NCBI GenBank assembly: GCA_028534125.1
Contig: CM052832.1
Coordinates: 6,388,001 to 6,452,000, forward strand
Length of the DNA: 64,000 nt
Direction of reading: 5' to 3'
Origin: Lama glama
Lineage: Eukaryota
Position numbers and translations under genes: made by a program. Positions within the stretch are counted from its first letter, which is position 1; each line of letters begins with the position of its first letter. Of the stretch, positions 38,001 through 48,591 are shown one piece after another. The notes beneath the pieces are model-generated. The model was not told the origin of the DNA and ran no database searches. It saw only the letters and a program-made list of their open reading frames with translations.

Positions 38001-38463
38001 CCTCATGTTTGACAAGCATTCTTTTCTATAAAACATGAACTACTTCCAGGCAGAATCACCAGATTGAAGATAAGAGTTTTCAGCAATTCTATCACAGGAT
38101 TTTAAACTCTCCCAAGCCATTAATAATGCAGGAATTTCACCCACCTAAATTGATTTCTGAAATATCCTTCTGTTCATCAAAATCTCCATCGTGTTCTGTT
38201 AAACGTGGGAAGGAAGATTGTTATGAGTCTTGCCGAACGAAAGAAAGTTCAGAAACACTCTATGCATTTCAGTTAATTCTTACCATTTCCTTTAGAAAGA
38301 TGCTTAATCTGAAAGGAAATAGATATACAGAAAATGGATAATGTAGACTGCAATTAATATTTCTTAATACCCTGAAGAGTAAAATGCTACTTACCGACAC
38401 AGCTGCTATGTGGGCAAAAAACAAGATGAGAGGGAGAATGCAAGGGAATCTCGTCCAAATCAT
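15835..38463 (-). CDS. MEP1A: Meprin A subunit alpha (astacin metalloprotease), complete 14-exon CDS, 2226 nt / 741 aa
   Basis: Spliced product: signal peptide, propeptide, astacin domain with [11 protein letters not shown] and Met-turn SLMHY, MAM, TRAF/MATH, inserted domain with RQKR, EGF-like domain, TM and short tail. The inserted domain and furin site are diagnostic of alpha versus beta. All 13 introns are GT-AG with compatible phases. Confidence 0.97.
16090..16310 (-). mobile_element. MIR SINE
   Basis: atttaatcctgtaacaaccctttgaagtgg...taatttgctcaaggtcacacagttagtaagtg. Confidence 0.7.
17700..18545 (+). mobile_element. Old L1 3'-region fragment (L1MC/ME-like)
   Basis: aataaccaaccagtactcttccaaagtgtcaaggtcacaagagacaag...ttggatcctggaacagaaaaaggac, ending in an A-rich tail; ends approximate. 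Confidence 0.6.
19137..19278 (-). mobile_element. tRNA-derived SINE (Vic-1-like) with 14-bp target-site duplication
   Basis: SINE body in reverse; exact TSD ctctgggtcatttt at 19123-19136 and 19279-19292. Confidence 0.9.
19558..19834 (-). CDS. MEP1A: MEP1A exon 13 (inserted domain, furin site RQKR at 19683-19694, EGF start)
   Basis: cctccag| acceptor, AG|gtaggc donor, 277 nt; [23 protein letters not shown]. Confidence 0.94.
20030..20425 (-). mobile_element. L1 3'-end fragment
   Basis: tagtttgttctctggatctgtaagtctg...tagattccacagataag...ttctctgtctggcttacttcac, a typical L1 3' UTR in reverse. Confidence 0.65.
20790..20963 (-). CDS. MEP1A: MEP1A exon 12 (TRAF C-terminal part)
   Basis: (A)[57 protein letters not shown]; tttgcag| acceptor, G|gtattt donor; 174 nt; not in the ORF track. 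Confidence 0.94.
21685..22158 (-). CDS. MEP1A: MEP1A exon 11 (end of MAM, TRAF)
   Basis: [11 protein letters not shown]...[24 protein letters not shown]...TSA; cctcag| acceptor, G|gtaggt donor; 474 nt. Confidence 0.95.
23473..23586. repeat. G/A-rich low-complexity tract (G-quadruplex potential)
   Basis: About 115 nt, almost all purine, with more than ten G>=3 runs. Confidence 0.85.
23637..23852 (-). CDS. MEP1A: MEP1A exon 10 (MAM)
   Basis: [12 protein letters not shown]...[24 protein letters not shown]...KTFQ; ccccag| acceptor, G|gtatta donor; 216 nt. Confidence 0.95.
26022..26365. mobile_element. MER33-like hAT DNA transposon fossil
   Basis: gctatccaatatggcagctacc...gcacttgaattgtggccagt...tattgggttaaataaaatatattattaaa...ttggagggcactg. 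Confidence 0.65.
26633..26782 (-). CDS. MEP1A: MEP1A exon 9 (MAM start)
   Basis: [29 protein letters not shown]...DHTLVGQCT; tttgcag| acceptor, G|gtcagt donor; 150 nt. Confidence 0.95.
27408..27629 (-). CDS. MEP1A: MEP1A exon 8 (astacin C-terminal part, Met-turn)
   Basis: YQHNFNTY...[10 protein letters not shown]...[21 protein letters not shown]; ctgacag| acceptor, A|gtgagt donor; 222 nt. Confidence 0.96.
27750..28051. repeat. AT-rich low-complexity tract followed by (TG)n (28025-28051)
   Basis: Direct reading. Confidence 0.85.
28410..28525. mobile_element. MER58-like DNA transposon fragment
   Basis: catggctgtgtccctgtaaaactttatttacaaaagca...gggctgtggtctgcagacccct. Confidence 0.6.
30588..30763 (-). 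CDS. MEP1A: MEP1A exon 7 (zinc-binding [11 protein letters not shown] at 30649-30681)
   Basis: [49 protein letters not shown]; tttaaag| acceptor, G|gtgtgt donor; 176 nt. Confidence 0.96.
32500..33450. mobile_element. Cluster of L1 3'-end fragments in both orientations
   Basis: caaggtcctactgtatagcacagggaactatattcaa (+, about 32520); gatattgaatatagttccttgtgctatacagta and ccctttggtaaccataagtttgttttctatgtctgtgagtctg (-, about 33270-33440). Confidence 0.7.
33564..33596 (-). promoter_or_regulatory. CTCF-like motif with upstream module in MEP1A intron 6
   Basis: Reverse strand CTGCAGTTCCCGTCGCTGCCACTAGATGTTGCC. Confidence 0.5.
34140..34257 (-). CDS. MEP1A: MEP1A exon 6
   Basis: [38 protein letters not shown]; ttctgtag| acceptor, GG|gttagt donor; 118 nt. 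Confidence 0.94.
35066..35096. repeat. (TG)n microsatellite
   Basis: Direct reading. Confidence 0.95.
36296..36371 (-). CDS. MEP1A: MEP1A exon 5 (propeptide cleavage R|NGLRD)
   Basis: [25 protein letters not shown]; cctacag| acceptor, G|gtaata donor; 76 nt. Confidence 0.93.
36869..36909 (-). CDS. MEP1A: MEP1A exon 4 (propeptide, LFQGDI)
   Basis: (A)[13 protein letters not shown] carries the astacin propeptide FxGDI motif; gtctag| acceptor, CGG|gtgagt donor; 41 nt. Confidence 0.9.
37125..37510 (+). mobile_element. L1 3'-end fragment
   Basis: ctagagggtattctgtttagtgatataagtcagac...taagctacaaggatatattgtacagcacagggaatatagtcaata...aatcaactatacatcaatgaagaaaaag. Confidence 0.8.
38145..38195 (-). 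CDS. MEP1A: MEP1A exon 3
   Basis: (E)[16 protein letters not shown]; taacag| acceptor, G|gtgggt donor; 51 nt. Confidence 0.9.
   Translation of the reverse strand, partial: NTMEILMNRRIFQKSI
38284..38308 (-). CDS. MEP1A: MEP1A exon 2 (25-nt micro-exon)
   Basis: IKHLSKGN; cctttcag| acceptor, G|gtaaga donor; required to keep frame between exons 1 and 3. Confidence 0.88.
38395..38463 (-). CDS. MEP1A: MEP1A exon 1 coding part (signal peptide)
   Basis: gcaaccATG Kozak context; [26 protein letters not shown]|gtaagt donor. Confidence 0.92.
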
Positions 38464-38499
38464 GGTTGCAAGTGAACAGATTTTAGCGAAGACACCTTG

Positions 38500-38700
38500 T
38501 GATAAATACTTGGACCTTGCCCAGGCTGTCACGTTAGAAACTTTGATCCCTGACAATATGTTCTGTAGCACTGAATTCATCAAAGAAAATGTCTTTGCCC
38601 CATTTGAGGACAGATACTAGGTTTAACAGGAAAGCTCAAGTTTTAGAGACCAGGGAAAAGTTTGGAAAAGTTAATTATCAAGAGCAGCACATAAAAATAA
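38500..38700 (-). promoter_or_regulatory. MEP1A proximal promoter with TATA-like, HNF4-, TCF/LEF-, HNF1- and CDX-like motifs
   Basis: TATTTAT 38508-38502; GGGCAAGGTCCA 38522-38511; CTTTGAT 38541-38547 and ATCAAAG 38579-38585; GTTAATTATCAAG 38670-38682; TTTTATG 38696-38690. Confidence 0.6.
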
Positions 38701-39104
38701 ATGACATTCCTATACGCGAGGAACAACTGTCCACATAACAGATAAAAGATCCATTTTGCAATAGGAATAAAAATAATCTGTAAAATGATAATAAAGTACT
38801 TAAATCTAATGAAAATGAATTAGAGTTATATGTAAATGTTACAAAGCAGTTATGGAGGAATATAAGATCTAACTATACACACAGATACATATATTTTTTG
38901 TTGTTGTTTGTATATTTGTTTTGTTTTTTTGTTTTTATTGAAGTGTAGTTGATTTATAATATTATATTAGTTTCAGGTGTACAGAATAGTACAGAATATT
39001 TTTATAGGTTATGCTCTATTAAAAGTAATTAAAAAACAATGGCTATAATTCCCTGTGCTATACAGGATATCCCTGTTGCTTTATACATATATATTTATAT
39101 ATGT

Positions 39105-40290
39105 ATGAAATATTCAGGAATAGGGAGACTCAGCATAATAAAGATGGTCATTATTTGGATATTGGTTTACAAATTCAATGTTATTCCGATAAAAATATTA
39201 ACAGGCTTTTTTGTGGAATTTGAGAAACTGACAAACTCTTTCTGAAATTCACATGAAGGAGGAAACCTCCAAAAATAGGTGAGAAAATTCTGAAAAGGAA
39301 GAACAAGGAGAAAGGCGTGGATCTAACAGAATATAAAGAATTTTTATAGAGTTATGGGAAAGAGTGTGGTATTGTCAAAAAAAAAACAACAAAAGAACAA
39401 TGGGTCTATAGAATGGAATGGAGAGTGTTATCAAGACAGATGCAAGCAAATAAGGAGAGTTTATACACAAGACGAACCAAAAAATCAATAGGGAAACTTT
39501 GGTCTTTTCCATAATGATGTTGCGACAATAGCATTTCCGTATGAGGGAAAAATTAAATTCTTACACTATTCACAAAAATAAACTCTGGCTGGATTAAAGA
39601 TGTAAATGTGAAAATCTCAACTTTGAAAATGAAAATACAGGAAACTGCCTTTAACCTTGAAGTGTTACTTAAACAAGAAAAAAATCCATGGAAATTATAA
39701 TAAATTTGACTATATCAAAATTTAAACTTCTTTATGCCAAAAGACAACATAGTTAAAAGACAAGCCACAGATGAAAGAAGATATGGATACAGTATAGAAC
39801 TGAATTAAGGATAAGTTAGGCAGGTTAATAAAGGAATTCCTACAAATCAATAAGAAAAGAGAGAGAGAGATGACCTAAGAGAAAAATGGGCAAAAATTAT
39901 GAGCACAAAATCCACAAAAAATAAAACCCAATTGGCCAATGAACATAAAATTTTTTTTCAACCTCCCAAGTAATCAGAAAAATATCAATTCAAGTAACAA
40001 TGAAATGTAACCTCAAGATCAGACTAATATAAATAAAGAAAATTGATAATACCAAGTGTTGACAAGACCGTGAGGAAACAGCAAATCTTATACTCTGCTG
40101 GTGGGACAGCACTTCAGCACCATCTAAGAAGTTGAAATGTGCATAGTTGATGAGCTAGAAATCTCACTTCCAGGTATCAACTCTGAAGTCCCTCACACAT
40201 ACATACACAAAGCGCATATAGTATACTCACTGCAGCATGTTTTTGTAATAGTAAAGGACTGGAAAATGTACTTATACTAAAAGAAAAAAA
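39105..40290 (+). mobile_element. Old degenerate L1 ORF2 3' fragment
   Basis: tacaaattcaatgttattccgataaaaat...ttgataataccaagtgttgacaagaccgtgaggaaacagcaaatcttatactctgctggtggga; no intact ORF. Confidence 0.7.
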
Positions 40291-40792
40291 AATATGGGAT
40301 ATATTCAGTTAGGCACAAATGTTTAACAACAAGCTCTCTGAAAAAGCAAGCCCTAATGTGAGTGTTGGCTGATTTCCAGGGTGTAAATATTCCCTCTGGG
40401 GTCGATTGCAAGCTACTAGCACTGTGTCACTGGATGCAGTGTTGGAAAGAGGCATGCACTCTGGGATCTGCCTGTCCCAGCACAGTACCACATCTATTCA
40501 CACCCTCTCCCACTCTTGCATGCACAAGGTTTAAGGATCTTTGGTATCAGAGCATTCCTTGAGGCCTGGAGTCTGCACGTCTTCATCTCAGACTTACTGC
40601 CCAGGCAGGTGAGCCAGTCCCAGTTTCTTGTCAGAAAAGCATTTGCAGAGGCAGACAGCAGGGCCTTCCTGAGCTATAGGACAGGAGGCATGACAGCTGG
40701 GGGCCAGCTTCTGATGGCAGGAGAGATGGGTGGCTGGCTTCTGTTTCACCACATCCATTGCTGGTGAGGTTGTAAAAGAAGGTACGGAGAGT

Positions 40793-41449
40793 TGAAAGGG
40801 AACAGAACATGCCACCCCAAAACACGCCATTTTGTAATATTGATTTGTTTTTGTTTTGGTTTGGGGGGGCGGTAATTAGATTTATTTGTTTACTTTTAAG
40901 GGAGGTTCTGGGGATTGAACCCAAGACCTTGTGCATGCTAAGCACTGTGTTCTACCACTGAGCTACACCTTTCCCCCCGTTGATTATTTTTAATTCATGT
41001 TACTTAAGAAACAGCCAGTGCAAGGAGGACACTCTGACTCTCCGTTGCCTCCTTAGAAGCAGGAAATAAATCTCCCACGTGATTTCACCCTCCACAGACC
41101 AGGAGGGTAAAAGGCATCCTTATCGTCAAAGATAGGGCAGAAATAGGGAATTGAGGGTCATTCAGGGTCGAGAGAGCTGTACAAACAAACCTTGTTACTG
41201 CTTCACTAATTCACTAGCCCAAGCCCAAACCCCTGCCTTGTCAGTTCTTCACAAATATATCGTTTCCCTGTCTAAAAGGTATAAAGCTGCCTGTGTTGGT
41301 CACTTCTTTGGGTCTCATCTTTTTGTAGGCTTCCATGTGCACAAAATTAAATTTATTTTTCTCCTGTTAATTTGTCTTAGGTCGGTTTAATTACTAAATC
41401 AGCCAAAGACCCTAGAAGAGAAAAAAGGAGAAAGCTTTCCTCTTCTGCA
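40793..41449 (+). mobile_element. ERV1 solo LTR (MER34-like) interrupted by a SINE
   Basis: TG...CA termini; 5' cagaacatgccaccccaaaacacgcca; TATAAAG at 41280; ATTAAA at 41346; flanking 4-mers gagt/gggt. Confidence 0.7.
40846..40978 (-). mobile_element. tRNA-derived SINE (Vic-1-like) nested in the LTR
   Basis: ggggattgaacccaagaccttgtgcatgctaagcactgtgttctaccactgagctacacc; flanking ttgatt duplication. Confidence 0.88.
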
Positions 41450-42941
41450 GGGTCATCACCCACTCTCTCAGACCACTGGAAGCCACCACCAGTGTTTTCC
41501 AAAAGAATGTGGACTTGCTCAACAGCTAAAATGGCTTGGGTCAGCAAAGACTTTTAATCTCTATGATTAAAAAGAAAGGGGTGGGGAGGGACTTGATAAT
41601 CATCAACTTAGAATAACTGGCTCTAAGTACTGGTGAGGAAAACACAGGAGACTTTTATCTCGTATATATGTTATTTTTCTCAGTTCTGAAACAATTATGG
41701 AAAAAGTGAATATTAGTTCATTCTGGAGGCTAGGAAGTAGGGGGTTAGGACTCTGTCATTTTGTTTTCTAAAGAAAAGGAAAATACACTTGTTTTGGTAC
41801 TGCTCCCTGCTGAATCGTGGGCGTTAGGATTTCAAACAGGCAGTGGTAGAGCTGTTAAACTTTCTCCACCTTCCCCGGCCTCCAGCCAGAGGTGCTTTTA
41901 TCTTTCCCTTCCTTCTTAAATGTATCTGAACGATGCACGCTAATGGTGACTTTGGAATCGGATAGGAAATTCAGCCCCACATCCACCACAGACCGGATGT
42001 GGCATTTTGAGCATCTGCCTTCCATGTGGAAAATGGAGAGTGGTACCTACTTCCTGGAGCTAATGTAAGGATTCAGTGAGATAAGCTATATAAACCACCA
42101 GTACCAGAAACCCAGGAAGCAGCCAGTGAACTCTAGCCCTTTCCCCATGCACACAGCCTCTTGCCAAAAGACAGGCAGTAAGAACACAACAGCTCAGAAC
42201 CCTCCTTGCTCAGTGGAAACCTCCGGGTGGGAGCATAGGTCCTCAGTAGATACCACTTGTGCCCGGTGTGTTTCTCTTTATGGTCTTGATTGCAAGTGTT
42301 AATTAGTTACCAGTTATTTGCACTCCCAGGCACCTCTTGTCCTAGGGTGTCAAGTGAGCAAGCCTGGAGCCTCAAGCCCTAGATTTGAAGGACTGACGGC
42401 TTTGCAGTTAAATGTAGATTATGTACTCTGCGGGGCAAGGTCCGTGTTTGAGTTTCTGTACCTGCCCCGGTTTCTGGCACATAGTAGGCAGTTGGTGATC
42501 GTGTTGGGTGAAATACGGTAAAATGTCATTTTTTTCTAAGGTATTGGATGCAGTGATTTGCTTTGAGCTCAGTGAGGGCATTTTACAAATCGACCAGTTG
42601 AGAAAGCGGTGTGAAGACTGGAAGAAGGAAGCCATCAGCCGGTGGGAAGAGGGAAAACCCTCCCCTAAGTGTTGTCGGTCACACTCCAGCCTCAGAAAAA
42701 CCCATGCCAGACCGCTCAGGACTGAGGTAGGAGGCTGACAAAGTCCTTTCACCCCAACCCCTTCCCAGGACTGTTCTCTGCTCTCTGCTGCCTTCATTTT
42801 TTTTTACCTCTTCCCAGACCCCGGTCCCTCCCACTTCACACACACAGCTCTGCCCTGGGCTGTGAACCTCCAGCACAGGTGCCTTTGCTGTTCCCCCAGG
42901 CAGTCGGCACAATCCCAGAGCTCCCAGGTATTTTGAGGAAG

Positions 42942-43125
42942 AGTGGGCAGACTTTTTTTAAGGGTCCAAGAGTAAGTATTTTTGGCTTTGTGGGCCATGT
43001 GGTTCCTGCGGCAAGAATTAGCTCTACTGTTGCAGCTGGAAAGCAGCCAGCAGCCACAGACATGAGCGTGCAGGAAGGCGCATGGCTACAAAAACAGATA
43101 ATGGGGCATCATTTGCTGACCCCTG
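42942..43125. mobile_element. MER58A-like DNA transposon
   Basis: ggcagactttttttaagggtccaagagtaagtatttttggctttgtgggccat...tttgctgacccctg. Confidence 0.7.
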
Positions 43126-43169
43126 AGTTTTAGAGAATTGCCCCTCAAGGTGGTGGGGATTGAGATAGG

Positions 43170-43365
43170 GACAACAGTTATAACAGAAGCCAAAGTAGCA
43201 GCAGCTGACATGTTGTGCTGGGCACGGTTCCAAGGATCTAAAGTGCGATTACTCATTTGATCTTCACAATAATTCTATGAAGTAGGCACTATTATTGTCC
43301 CCATTTTATAGATGAAGAAACTGAGACAGGAAAACATTAGGAAACTTGCCCAACATCACACAGCT
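43170..43365 (-). mobile_element. MIR SINE
   Basis: attattgtccccattttatagatgaagaaactgagacagg...ttgcccaacatcacacagc. Confidence 0.8.
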
Positions 43366-43534
43366 CCTGGTAATGCTTCTAAAATTTCACCTGAAATTTT
43401 AGAGGCAGATTTTTCTACCAAGGCCTGGCCCCTGGCAGCCCAGGGGTGAAGCCTTCACCATCAAGCTTGCAGCGGGCAGAGCCCCGTGTTCCCCAGGGTT
43501 CAATCCCCAGCCGTTTACTAAGAAGACTTAGCTT

Positions 43535-43730
43535 CTAGCGAAGCAGTTCCCAAGCTACAGAGTCTTTCAAAGCCCCTTGGAAAGCTTGTTAAAGTACAGA
43601 TTCCTGGGTCTGGAGTGGGGAAATTCTGATGCCCATAAGAGGGTGACAGCCAGGAATCTGCGTTTTTGATAAGCATCCCCATGATTCCAACGAAGGTAGT
43701 CTGTGGACACACTTTGACGAACAGAATTCT
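43535..43730. mobile_element. MER5-like DNA transposon
   Basis: gcagttcccaag...gcttgttaaagtacagattcctggg...ccaggaatctgcgtttttgataagcatcccc...acacactttga. Confidence 0.6.
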
Positions 43731-43882
43731 AGGGAATTTATGTCAACCAGATAGTTCCACTCAGAGTTTAGTTAACAGGTAGCATCTGCTGGTTCCCATA
43801 TTATAGGAAAAATCAAAATACCATAGCAGGCTCCAGGTTCCTAGTGGGGACTTACCAGATACTAAGAATGAGAGCTTTTTCA

Positions 43883-44002
43883 GGGGGAAGAGTATAGCTC
43901 AAGTGGTAGAGTGCATGCTCAGCACACAAGAGGCCCCAGGTTCAATCCCCAGTACCTCCTCCAAGTGGAAATCAGTGGAGAAACCTAATTACCGCCCCTC
44001 AG
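43883..44002 (+). mobile_element. tRNA-derived SINE (Vic-1-like)
   Basis: GGGGGAAGAGTATAGCTCAAGTGGTAGAGTGCATGCTCAGCACACAAGAGGCCCCAGGTTCAATCCCCAGTACCTCC; TSD aagaatgagag at 43864 and 44003. Confidence 0.88.
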
Positions 44003-46093
44003 AAGAATGAGAGATTTTCAATGCAGAAATCCACTTCAGAACACCTACAGGAATAGCCTGTCCCAGGTGGGGCTTGAGAACCTACATTTTTAACAAGCAT
44101 GAGGGTGAATCCTAGATGGAAAATGTGAGACCCACGGACCTTTGTAGCAGCTCTGTTTCATCCTGTACCAAGACCAATCCCCATGGACTCCATTGGAGAA
44201 CCAAGCAGAGACTTCTTGCTCTCCTGGGCCCGGAGGTCCCTGAGAAGCTACCCTCCATATCCAGGTGGGCATTCAGTGGGTTTTGGTTTCAGCTTTTTGT
44301 CCCCTGTAGGATCTAAAGAAGACATTGTCACTCATCTTTTAGGATGTGGGGAAGAATCAGACAAGAGGCTTTCTTTATTTTTTTCCAATTCTCTTCCTAT
44401 TTATTGAAGCTTCATAGAATACTTGAACTTGAAACAGACTCGGCTGAGAGCTACAAGATTATCCACTGATTTCAGGAAAAGTCTCTAACCTCTGCTAATT
44501 ACAAGGGTTCTCATGGCCCAGGAGGCCAAGTTGGACCATGGCATCTGGGAGGAAGGATGAACACCTGGGAATTGTTCCAGTAAAGGGAAGACACACCTGG
44601 GATGGGCTTTTCTCTGAAAGGAGACGTGATTCTAAAGAGGAAGAGGTCTAGCTGTTTTCCACCGTCAGATGACAAAGCTAAAATAATTTACGTTATGCAC
44701 TTGATGCCTTCTATTCAAGGGGAACCGAACCCTGGACCGGGGGAATACAGGCCCCCACAAGCCTTGGAGCAATTTTCCAATGTATTTGGGGCAAGCGTGA
44801 GTTTTCTTAAGCAATAAAGAGGCAACCGGAAACAGGGCATGAGTGGCTGGGGCTGCATATCTGACCTAATTTAGAAGGACCAAGGAACAAGGAAATTTAA
44901 GCACAGACCCCAGGGTTGGCTTGGCATCTGGGGATTTGCTGCGTTTATGATCAAGCAGGGCATTTAAGAGAACAGGAAAGGTTGGTTTGCTGTGTCACAG
45001 TGGGCAGCAGTGGCTTCATCTGGAGCCTAGAAATTTATTTCAACACCACTGTCCCTGAAGTTAGGGTACAAGGAAACAGGCTAAAATTGCAAAAGGGACA
45101 CTTAATTGTTGGACACAAAGTCCTTCCTGATCATCTGAGGATTCTTGGATCCCAAAGTGTTTTGAAGGAAGGAGACAGTGCTGGTCACAGAGAATAGTGC
45201 CAGAGCTGGAGGCTGGGGTCGGGGCAGCATGGACAGATGATATTCTTCAGAAAGAGATGATGTTGGAGAAGAAACAAGTGGGACTTGGCTTGGGGATTTT
45301 TCTTTGTCCTGGGAAAAGTCATTCCATTTTGAGATCATCTAATGGAAGCAAGATGATGGTTAAGTCATACATTTCACTTGATCCAGAGAATGAGAGGCTC
45401 AGCCCTCCCAGAAAACAAATGAGAAGTGTAATCCCATTTCCCTTTGAAACCTGCACAATGGTTTTTGTACAGCTGATCCTTTCACGCAAGGGGCCAGCAG
45501 CTCCATCCAGGGCCAGTTGTGTTATCTGCCGCTTCAACAACAGGAATCTGAGTTGGCGCCAGGGGAAGGAGAGGGGAGGGCGGGGGCATTATTGGAAATT
45601 CCAGGGGTAATTGGTCAGTGTCAATAAGCCAGCTAGGGAGGCTTCCTGAATTAGTAACAGGTTTGTTTATGTTCGTGTGCTGAATCAGATTTTTAAACAT
45701 AAGTTGATCTTCTCATTACCAATGGGGAAGACTATGGTGACAGCTACTTCCCAGAGCAATGGCACATATCACCCAGGAACAACAGCTTTGCCCAGACGTG
45801 CAAGCACGTCAGTTACTGATGCCCTGTGAATAGAGGGGCTGTGACTGCACACCAAAAGGAAAAAACACTGAATCTTATGTTTTGGTTTATTCTTTTGTAA
45901 TATGGGGCTAATGAGACCTCACCTGTTCTGCCTCTTTTTTTACTAAAGGTCAAGAGAATTTCAGCTGTGCAGGAGAAAGACTTTAGGGTGTACCAAATGC
46001 TGTGTAAATAGGGAACTTAATTGTTACTGTTCCTTCACTGAGGACTATTCTCTCTGGATTCTCGGAGGGAATTTAATTTGATAGGACTCATGC

Positions 46094-46630
46094 TGATACA
46101 GGAAAAATGGGGCAGGAGAGGATGGCTGTGTCCCAGGTCTCAGTCGAGTCCCTGGGTTGCACCTCAGCAAGCGTGGGTCCTCAGCTTCACGCTGGGAAGA
46201 ATTCAAGAGCGAGCCACAGTTGAGTAAAAGTAGATTTATTCAGAGAGATATATAGAGTGTGGACCATCTCAAAAGGCAAGAGAAAGGCAAAAAAACAGAG
46301 AGAGAGCGCGCCCGGGATGCAGAGTTGTTCATTTTTGTGTTCTCGGTAACTTCATATGCTAACAAGTGGGAGGATTATTTCAACTACTTTGGGGAAGGGG
46401 CTGGGATTGCCAGGAATTTGGCCATCACCCACTTCTTGACCTTTTATGGTTAGACCCCGAGCTGTCAAGATGCCTGTGAGAGTACTATTTAGCAGCTACT
46501 CTGTTTCAAGGAGCGGGTATTGAAGCTCAAGTTCTACTGGGGAGTTGAATCTTCCACCACCTTGGTGCTAATTGCTCTGTCATTTTTTTTTTTTTAATGG
46601 CTGTGCCCTGCCCCCTTCTCTCCTGTCTCA
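46094..46630 (-). mobile_element. ERV1-type solo LTR
   Basis: Inverted termini TGATACAGG...CCTGTCTCA; minus-strand AATAAA at 46235-46240 followed by an R/U5-like tggctcgctcttgaattctt. Confidence 0.65.
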
Positions 46631-48591
46631 AAATCATTTTGGGGTTTTGACCTTCTTCTAAGAAGGGCAGCCTCAGAGGCTGTGACAGGGCTTCAGAATC
46701 CTGGGTTTACATGTTTCAGAGGAGACCCAGCCATCTGTTTTGGATTTGGACCATCAAGAGGCTGAGCAGATGGTGCCAACATCTCCTGAAGCTTTCTGTC
46801 CATGACCACACATCCCTACGTAATTATCAAATCCATGTCCCCCGCCTGGCTGGAGGAGAGACAGGGGCTGAGGGCGGATCCACAGAGCCTGGTCACGGAA
46901 CAGCATAAGCAGCTGATGGTTGGCTGTGTGTGCAGAAGAGCGCTTGATCCTCAGCCAGGGGTTTCTCTCTTTAGCGCTGACTTCTTCTCCAGAAGAAGCG
47001 GAAACGTTCTGTTCCCAATTCTGAAAACAGTCCTCATGCCACCAGTTTTTATTTCATCTTCTTTATTTCACAGTATAATAAATCACCAATTTTTACACTA
47101 TTCACACTAAGAAGGATCACGGGTGTCACAGAAGACCCCGCTTGACATGTTAACCATCCCGCTGGCATCCAATCCAGTTCCCAAAATTCTCTTGGCCCCA
47201 GGCTGGATGCTGAGGAGAAAACAACAAGAATATTGCATGTTCCTTGTCCTCCAGGCCTTTAAACTGAACTTTTCCTGAGAGTTCAACCTCTTCATTCACT
47301 GGGTCAGGAAAAAGAATATTTATAACATGAAAACATGTCCATTCTGGAACATTTAACAGTTAAAAATTAAAAATATATTAAAAAGAAAAAATTATGAATC
47401 CCAATCTTGACAGATCGTCTGTTTCCTTCTAGTTTTTATTATTTATATATGCATATGTTATAATAATATAAACTTTTATCCACATAAGTGTTGGCCACCA
47501 CATCTCTCAAGGGGTCATTGAGTTGAAATGACACCTTTTTTTTCCCGTAAATTATCCTTCCCTAGAATGTTCATTTGTGCTCAGTCCTCCCCCAACAGAT
47601 TTTCCCCAATTCAGAGCCCCACCAAAAATACTGTCAGTCCTTGGATGCCTCGGCTTTTTAAAGACTACTGTCTGTTAACGTTTTCCTATATCCATAATTA
47701 ATAGTTATTCAATGCAAACAGCTGAAAGACACAGTAGGAAAATGCTAACTTTAATCCCACTGTCCAAAATAACTACTGCTAACATCCTGGTGTATGTCCT
47801 AGATCTTCCTCCATGCTTATTTTTCTTCATAAAAATGTTAGTCACATTAGGTTTATAGACTGGCTTATAAATGTTCTCCCACATCCATAGATATTCCTCA
47901 AGAACATGCTTTTCCATGGCTACATATAATTCCATTCAGTAGATGTACTAGACGTAGCTAAGCCCGTGCTGTGGATTCAGCTGATTTTGCTTATCACGGG
48001 CAATGCTGCAGTCAATATCCTTGAATTTGCAATTGTATGTGTGCCTCCAGGTATTGCCTTAGAACACATTCCAATAAGTGGAATTGCTGAGTCAGAATGT
48101 ACTGAGTTGTTTCATGTTTTTAAAGGAATACACTTACAAAAGATCTCTAACTGCCCCACCTTCTGAAAGTATGTCACAGGAAGGCGAAGGTGGTTTGAAC
48201 TCCTTTAGCCAAAGCCACTAAGAATGCAGGAGTTAACTCTGCAAGAGGGAAACGGATTGTGCTATGGTTTGGTAGCTTACAGAAGGCAACACAAATGTGA
48301 GAAATAATCGGACGTATTATCATGGACGTATTAACCATGGACAAAGCATGGTCCAGTCTTATTCTTTGTTAGAGGCTATGATCCAAGAAATCAGGAATCT
48401 TGCAAGGGTGGCAAAAATATTTTTCCTACAGTAGACGTTTTAAATAAAATAATGGCTCTGAACACGATAGACGTGACAGGTATCTTAAGGGGCAAAGAAG
48501 TCTCCTGGTGTTACCTGTATGCTACAACCAGAAAAGAGCCAGTTTTTAGCATCGTTATATCACTCAATCTTCACTCAAGCCCTTTGGTGTA

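Noticed and set aside
48310..48354. Short decaying tandem repeat (ggacgtatta..cat)
   Set aside because: Two to three degenerate units with no unique spacers; ordinary slippage duplication, not CRISPR-like
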